Source of the DNA: an uncultured Acidobacteriota bacterium
GTDB taxonomy: Bacteria > Acidobacteriota > Thermoanaerobaculia > Gp7-AA8
NCBI GenBank assembly: GCA_963741955.1
Contig: CAVUKB010000014.1
Location: 1-11,901, forward strand
Direction: 5' to 3'
Length of the DNA stretch: 11,901 bases
Numbering within the stretch: the stretch's first letter is position 1; each line of letters starts with the position of its first letter. Below the pieces are notes generated by a model. The model did no database searches, was not told the origin of the DNA, and was given only the letters and a program-made list of their open reading frames with translations. The translations under genes were made by a program, and so were the position numbers. Below, piece by piece: positions 6,977 through 11,901 of the stretch.

Positions 6977-8054
6977 GCTGCGCAATCTCGATCTCGTCAC
7001 GTATGAGAACGGCATGCAGATGCAGCAGGAGCTGGTCACGCTCCGTCAGGAAGAGCGCATCCCCGACCAGCTCCTCCTTCTCCAGCATCCCCCGGTCATC
7101 ACCCTGGGACGCAGCGGACACGAAGAGAACCTCCTCGCGTCTCCAGCCGCACTCGCTGCGGAAGGGGTGCGCTTCTACGAAACGACCCGCGGAGGCGACA
7201 TCACGTATCACGGGCCGGGACAGCTCGTCGGCTATCCGCTGATCTCGCTCGGCGAGGGACGCCGCGATGTCCGCCGCTACGTGACGAACCTCGAGGAAGT
7301 GATCATCCGCACCGTCGCCGCTTTCGGCATCGAAGCCGGTCGTTGGGAAGGCCACCGGGGCGTCTGGGTGGGGCGTGAGAAGATCGCCGCGATCGGAGTC
7401 CGCGTCGCGAAATGGGTCACTTCCCACGGCTTCGCGCTCAACGTCGATCCGAACCTCCACCACTTCGACCTGATCACTCCCTGCGGGATCCCGGATGCGG
7501 GAGTCACATCGATTGCCAGGCTTACCGGACGGTCGATCACGGTCGAGGAAGTCCGTGAGGCGCTCGTCCCGCACTTCGCGGATGTCTTCGAGCGGGAGAT
7601 CCGCCCCAACCCCCCCGATCTCGCCCTGGTGAAGGTCGTCGTGCACGACGGCAATCGCATTCTTCTCCTCCACCGGCGTCCCGATTCGGGAGATTTCTGG
7701 CAGCCGATCACCGGACGGATCGAAGCGGGAGAAGTCGCCGAAGCCGCGGCCCGCCGGGAGATCGTGGAGGAGACGGGAATGGGTGGAGAGCCGGAAAGCC
7801 TCGATCTCCGGCAGTCGTTCCTGATCGAGGCGAAGTACCTGAAGGACGCCTCGGATCTCCCGATCTTCGCGGACGAGATCGCGTTCGCCGCATGGATCGA
7901 TGCGTCGCGAGCGCTTCGTCTCGACGCTTCAGAGCACGACCGCTACGGCTGGTTCTCCACCGAAGAGGCGCTCGCGAAGATCCGCTGGAGCGACGATCGG
8001 GAAGCGATCGAGCGGCTCGTCGTTCGAGCGCTCTCGGCTTCGGCCGTGGGATGA
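6963..8054 (+). CDS. lipB: Lipoyl(octanoyl) transferase LipB fused to a C-terminal Nudix hydrolase domain
   Basis: ATG at 6963 overlaps the CPBP gene end. LipB motifs QHPPVITLG, RGGDITYHGPGQLVGYP, KIAAIG, HGFALNV, PCG. From ~7629 a Nudix domain with a full box GRIEAGEVAEAAARREIVEETGM (7713-7781). Confidence 0.93.
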   Translation: MRLCELRNLDLVTYENGMQMQQELVTLRQEERIPDQLLLLQHPPVITLGRSGHEENLLASPAALAAEGVRFYETTRGGDITYHGPGQLVGYPLISLGEGRRDVRRYVTNLEEVIIRTVAAFGIEAGRWEGHRGVWVGREKIAAIGVRVAKWVTSHGFALNVDPNLHHFDLITPCGIPDAGVTSIARLTGRSITVEEVREALVPHFADVFEREIRPNPPDLALVKVVVHDGNRILLLHRRPDSGDFWQPITGRIEAGEVAEAAARREIVEETGMGGEPESLDLRQSFLIEAKYLKDASDLPIFADEIAFAAWIDASRALRLDASEHDRYGWFSTEEALAKIRWSDDREAIERLVVRALSASAVG

Positions 8055-8099
8055 TGCGGCGACCGCGGGCGGTTGTGACCCGATGAGAGATCGAAAGGA

Positions 8100-9002
8100 A
8101 TGATCAACAAACGCGCAGGAGAACGGCCCGAGTGGCTGAAGATTCGCGTTCCCGGCGACCTCGATCGTCTGCCGGTGACGAGACTGATCAACGACCTCGC
8201 CCTCAACACCGTCTGCCAGGAAGCCCGCTGTCCGAACATTTTCGAATGCTGGGCCGCAGGGACCGCGACGTTCATGATCCTCGGCGAAGTCTGCACCCGC
8301 CGCTGCACGTTCTGCGCGGTGGCGAAGGGCGCACCACTCCCCGCCGACCCCGGCGAGCCGCGCCGGGTCGCGGAAGCGGTCGCGAAGATGAACGTGCGGC
8401 ATGCGGTGATCACCACGGTGAACCGTGATGATCTTCCCGATGGAGGAGCCGAGCACTTCGCGAAGACGATCGAGGAGGTTCAGGAGGGAAGCGAGGCAAC
8501 GGTCGAAGCTCTGATCTCGGATCTGGAAGGCGATCGTGACGCGCTTCGCACCATCCTGGCCGCTCGGCCGAAAGTGCTCGCGCACAACATCGAGACGATT
8601 CCGCGGCTCTACGCGCAGGTTCGGCCGACGGCGAAGTACCAACGCTCCCTCGACATCCTCCGCTGGGCTTCCGAAGAGCGGCACGAAGGTATGCTCACCA
8701 AGTGCAGCATCATGCTCGGGCTGGGAGAGACTCCTGAAGAAGTCCTCGAGGTGGCCGCGGATCTCCGGGATGCCGGGGTGGACATCTTCACCATGGGCCA
8801 GTATCTCGCGCCGACCGAACGGAACCACCCGGTGCGGCGGTACTACTCGCCCGAGGAGTTCCGGGATCTCGGCCAGGCGGCGAAACGACTCGGATTTCAG
8901 CACGTCGAGTCCGGACCTCTGGTCCGGAGTTCCTATATGGCGCATCGTGCCGTAGAATCTTCGGCCGGCCCCGCCGATGCGGAGAGCGGTACCCTCGGAT
9001 GA
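8100..9002 (+). CDS. lipA: Lipoyl synthase (radical SAM)
   Basis: RPEWLK, auxiliary-cluster CQEARCPNIFEC, radical-SAM CTRRCTFC, HNIET, IMLGLGET, GQYL.P, SGPLVRSSY.A. Confidence 0.97.
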   Translation: MINKRAGERPEWLKIRVPGDLDRLPVTRLINDLALNTVCQEARCPNIFECWAAGTATFMILGEVCTRRCTFCAVAKGAPLPADPGEPRRVAEAVAKMNVRHAVITTVNRDDLPDGGAEHFAKTIEEVQEGSEATVEALISDLEGDRDALRTILAARPKVLAHNIETIPRLYAQVRPTAKYQRSLDILRWASEERHEGMLTKCSIMLGLGETPEEVLEVAADLRDAGVDIFTMGQYLAPTERNHPVRRYYSPEEFRDLGQAAKRLGFQHVESGPLVRSSYMAHRAVESSAGPADAESGTLG

Positions 9003-9006
9003 CACG

Positions 9007-9285
9007 ATGCCTCGAGTGACGTTCGAAGATCAGGATCAGACTGCCGACTTCGAATCCGAACGAACACTTCTGAGCTGCGCCATCGACATGGGGATCCGGA
9101 TCAGCCACGTCTGCGGTGGAGACGGCGCCTGCGGCACGTGCCGCATCGCCGTGGTCGACGGATGGGACCAGCTCTCCCCTCCGACGCCCGATGAGACGTA
9201 CAAGGAGCTCGAGCCACCGTACCGGCTGAGCTGCCAGGCGAAGCTGAAAGGCGACGTCGTGGTGAAAGTCGCAAAAATCGAGTGA
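9007..9285 (+). CDS. [2Fe-2S] ferredoxin, adrenodoxin/ISC-Fdx type (92 aa)
   Basis: ATG 4 bp after the lipA stop; HVCGGDGACGTC (Cx5Cx2C) ... RLSCQ; N-terminal MPRVTF. Confidence 0.9.
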   Translation: MPRVTFEDQDQTADFESERTLLSCAIDMGIRISHVCGGDGACGTCRIAVVDGWDQLSPPTPDETYKELEPPYRLSCQAKLKGDVVVKVAKIE

Positions 9286-9294
9286 GAGGAAGTC

Positions 9295-9798
9295 ATGACG
9301 GAAACCGTATCGACGATGACCGAGACCGAACAGAGGCTGGGACTCGTTTTCCAATACACGGTCGAAGCCTACAAGGTGTTCGAGAAACTTGCTGAAGTGC
9401 TGCCGAATCCGATCACCGCGGGGATGTTCGAGAACTTCGCCGAGGATGAGCGCGGGCTTCGCGATCTGCTGGAGATCAAGTATTCGGCAGGACACGCGCG
9501 ACTGAAGATCACCCTCGGCGCGGATCTCCGCTACCTCGACATGGTGGAGGGCGATCTCTCCTATCGCGAGATGACCGAGATGATGATCGCCCGCGAGCGG
9601 GCCATGGAAAAGAAGCTGAACGAATGGGTGGCGAACGGCTCGGAGTCCGATCGTAACCTCTTCCACTATCTGGCCGCGACCAAGCGCGCGCATCTCGTAT
9701 TTCTCGACCGCGAGCTGACGCTGATCCAGTTCTACCCCCAGTGGTTCCGCCGCGAAGACGCCGAGTCGCTCATCGTGCACGGAACTTCCGAAGAATGA
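9295..9798 (+). CDS. Ferritin-like/rubrerythrin-family four-helix-bundle protein with degenerate diiron ligands
   Basis: GAGAGGA RBS. Two repeats of a helix pair: EAYKVFEKLAE / MFENFAEDERGLRDLL and ARERAM / LFHYLAATKRAHLVFL. Confidence 0.65.
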   Translation: MTETVSTMTETEQRLGLVFQYTVEAYKVFEKLAEVLPNPITAGMFENFAEDERGLRDLLEIKYSAGHARLKITLGADLRYLDMVEGDLSYREMTEMMIARERAMEKKLNEWVANGSESDRNLFHYLAATKRAHLVFLDRELTLIQFYPQWFRREDAESLIVHGTSEE

Positions 9799-10088
9799 GC
9801 CCCAACATCTCCATCACTCCGGAGGCCTCCGCCCGATTGCAGAGCGATCTGCAGGGGGGAGTCCTCCGGATCTCCTTCACCACCGGATGTGGAGGGAGCG
9901 GATACCGGATTGCGTCTTCCTCCGCTCCTCTGGATGAGGATGTGGTGGTGGAGGTGGGAGAGGTCGTGGTCGCCCTCGACCAGATGGCCGCGCGTAACCT
10001 GGATGGTGCGGAGATCGTGTACGACGAGGAAGAGTCGGGCTATTCGATTCTGCATCCGAACGCGGTCAGCGCGGTCTGGTGCGGGTGA
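9795..10088 (+). CDS. HesB/IscA (A-type Fe-S carrier)-like protein, atypical (97 aa)
   Basis: ATGA overlap with the previous gene; ISITPEA, LRISF..GCGGSGY, DEDVVVE...VVVALD....LDGAEIVY.....GYSILHPNA...CG. Confidence 0.8.
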   Translation: MSPNISITPEASARLQSDLQGGVLRISFTTGCGGSGYRIASSSAPLDEDVVVEVGEVVVALDQMAARNLDGAEIVYDEEESGYSILHPNAVSAVWCG

Positions 10089-10089
10089 G

Positions 10090-10114
10090 CCGGCGGGAGA
10101 GGAGCTCCGGCCGG
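10090..10114. terminator. GC-rich hairpin between convergent genes (possible terminator or stabiliser)
   Basis: CCGGC-G-GGAG / CTCC-G-GCCGG stem fills the 26-bp gap between the two stop codons; no U-tract on either strand. Confidence 0.3.
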
Positions 10115-10609
10115 TCAGACGAATCGCGGCTCCGATGTCCCCAGAATCCCTCCGCGATTGAGAAGCACCAGCTCGAGCTCGCGGATCTGTGAGCCGTTGC
10201 CCGACCGGAGAATCATCCTGCAATCGGTCAGAGGGAAAAAGGGGTCGCGCTGGAGGAGGTAATCCGAGACTCTGACTCCGGTTCCCACCCAGAGCGTGCC
10301 ACTGATCACTCCCCCGTTGAACGCGCACGAAACATCCTTCTCGCTCGCGTTCGCTACGACTTTCGCGCTCGGCTCCGGGACGTCGGGAATGATCAGGATC
10401 ACCGTCCGCCGTTGAAGAGCGAAGAAAGGAACGCGCTTATCGAGCCCCGGAAGGGCCACGTCTTTCAATTTGAAAAAATCGTGCTGGTGATTCACGTAGT
10501 CGGTGAGGCTTCGCCGCGCCGGCACCATGAACCAGCCGCGAACCCATCCTGCGGTGGTCAGAAGCTGTGCCCCGAGGTCACGCTGAGTCGGAGGCGTGTA
10601 CTGACTCAT
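10115..10609 (-). CDS. Hypothetical protein with two internally repeated beta-rich domains (164 aa)
   Basis: ATG at 10609 with a GGAG RBS. Repeat 1: GWVRGWFMVPARRSLTDYVNHQHDFFKLKDV...FFALQRRTVI. Repeat 2: GVISGTLWVGTGVRVSDYLLQRDPFFPLTDC...LVLLNRGGIL. Confidence 0.75.
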   Translation of the reverse strand: MSQYTPPTQRDLGAQLLTTAGWVRGWFMVPARRSLTDYVNHQHDFFKLKDVALPGLDKRVPFFALQRRTVILIIPDVPEPSAKVVANASEKDVSCAFNGGVISGTLWVGTGVRVSDYLLQRDPFFPLTDCRMILRSGNGSQIRELELVLLNRGGILGTSEPRFV

Positions 10610-10701
10610 GCTCCACTCCGTGATCGGAATCGCCGGCACCGGACGAGATGATTCGTGATGCGGCGACGGCGAGGCCGGATCTTCGATATCGGTACCGTGG
10701 C

Positions 10702-10707
10702 ATTCTA
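10702..10707 (-). promoter_or_regulatory. Candidate -10 element (TAGAAT) for the 10115-10609 gene
   Basis: TAGAAT on the minus strand in a locally AT-richer patch ~90 bp upstream of the start; no convincing -35. Confidence 0.3.
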
Positions 10708-10774
10708 CAGGTTATGCAGATACGAAACCGAACGCAGATTCCGGGACAGCCGCGCACGCCGACGGGAGCGCGGC

Positions 10775-10850
10775 CGTGCGGATCAGAGGATCCGCGCTCC
10801 CCAACGCCGGGGAATGCGCCGAGGGGAGCGCGGATCCTCTGATCCGCACG
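10775..10850. repeat. Perfect 28-bp inverted repeat (REP doublet) with a 20-bp spacer
   Basis: CGTGCGGATCAGAGGATCCGCGCTCCCC (10775-10802) is the exact reverse complement of GGGGAGCGCGGATCCTCTGATCCGCACG (10823-10850). Confidence 0.95.
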
Positions 10851-11901
10851 CCACACTCGCGTTCAGATCGGATCGAGACCATTCCTCCGGCAGAAGCGGA
10901 GCGGTTCGATCGAGACGATAGCGCCACCGACGCTTCGCGCCCACCCACAACTTCCCTCTTCATCGCGTACAACAAGATTCGCGCGGCGGATCGGAGGATC
11001 CGCACCCCATAGAACCCGCGCAGCGAAACGCGCCGAGGAGCACCCGCCGTGGGGAGCGAGCGCCGAGGGGACACCCGCCAAGGGGAGTACGCACCGTGGG
11101 GAGTACGCACCGAGGGGAGCGCGGATCCTCTGATCCGCACGCCACACTCGCGTTCAGATCGGATCGAGACCATCCCTGCGGCAGAAGCGGAGCGGTTCGA
11201 TCGAGACGATAGCGCCACCGACGCTTCGCGCCCAGCCACAACTTCCCTCTTCATCGCGTACAACACGATTCGCGCGGCGGATCGGAGGATCCGCACGCCA
11301 TAGAACGCGCGCAGCGAAACGCGCCGAGGAGCACCCGCGCCGAGGAGAGCGCGGACGGGAGTACCTGCCGTGGGGAGCGCGGATCCTCTGATCCGCACGC
11401 GATAATCGCGTTCAGATCGGATCGAGACCATCCCTGCGGCAGAAGCGGAGCGGTTCGGTCGAGACACCGGAAACCACCGACGCTTCGCGCCCAGCCACAA
11501 CCTTCCTCTTCATCGCACGAACACGATTCGCGCGGCGGATCGGAGGATCCGCACCCCATAGAACCCGCGCAGCGGCACGCGCCGAGGAGCACCCGCCGCG
11601 GGGAGCGAGCGCCGTGGGGAGTACGCGCCGTGGGGAGTACGCACCGTGGGGAGCGCGGATCCTCTGATCCGCACGCGATAATCGCGTTCAGATCGGATCG
11701 AGACCATCCCTCCGGCAGAAGCGGAGCGGTTCGATCGAGACGATAGCGCCACCGACGCTTCGCGCCCACCCACAACTTCCCTCTTCATCGCGTACAACAC
11801 GATTCGCGCGGCGGATCGGAGGATCCGCACCCCATAGAACGCGCGCAGCGAAACGCGCCGAGGAGCACCCGCGCCGAGGAGAGCGCGGACGGGAGTACCT
11901 G
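10823..11901. repeat. Tandem array of REP-like/BIME-like composite units (at least 4, truncated by the window end)
   Basis: The identical 28-mer starts at 10823, 11114, 11372 and 11648 (periods 291, 258, 276; unit 4 tracks unit 2 in length). The inverted variant GCGGATCGGAGGATCCGCAC starts at 10986, 11277, 11535 and 11811. About 225 bp per unit is conserved and the remainder is variable. Confidence 0.95.

Noticed and set aside
4700-7039. 779-aa minus-strand ORF and other long antisense ORFs (3662-4579, 6681-7673, 7929-9005, 8788-9780)
   Set aside because: Antisense shadows of well-supported + strand genes in high-GC DNA, with no recognisable motifs.
10086-10088. Selenocysteine read-through of the HesB-like TGA (some HesB-like proteins are selenoproteins, and a hairpin follows)
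   Set aside because: The TGA comes after CG rather than at a conserved Cys position, and read-through would run into the convergent gene; no real support.
10823-11901. CRISPR array (28-bp palindromic repeat recurring regularly)
   Set aside because: Intervening sequences are 230-263 bp and nearly identical to each other rather than unique 30-40-bp spacers; repeats occur in both orientations; no cas genes in the window.

Overview
GC-rich bacterial window with four parts. (1) 1-950: the C-terminal part of a Zn-dependent alcohol/formaldehyde dehydrogenase, probably 5'-truncated, convergent with a small Mth938/AAMDC-like gene. (2) ~1059-2464: an insertion sequence encoding a DDE/integrase-core (rve-type) transposase, with doubled subterminal motifs in inverted orientation at both ends. 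It lies between two divergent transcription units. (3) 2739-10088: a tightly packed + strand operon encoding 2-oxoacid dehydrogenase E1-alpha, E1-beta and E2 (no E3), a CPBP/Abi intramembrane protease, a LipB-Nudix fusion, LipA, an adrenodoxin-type [2Fe-2S] ferredoxin, a degenerate ferritin/rubrerythrin-like protein and an atypical two-Cys HesB/IscA-like protein. A convergent hypothetical gene with an internal duplication follows. (4) 10775-11901, running off the window: a non-CRISPR tandem array of REP-like palindromic units. Each unit is REP - fixed linker - inverted REP - variable stuttered GGAG linker. Best candidates for new biology: the putative LipA-support module (Fdx + ferritin-like + A-type carrier), the LipB-Nudix fusion, and the REPIN/BIME-like array with an invariant 163-bp spacing. 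All family assignments come from motifs recognised by eye; no database searches were run.
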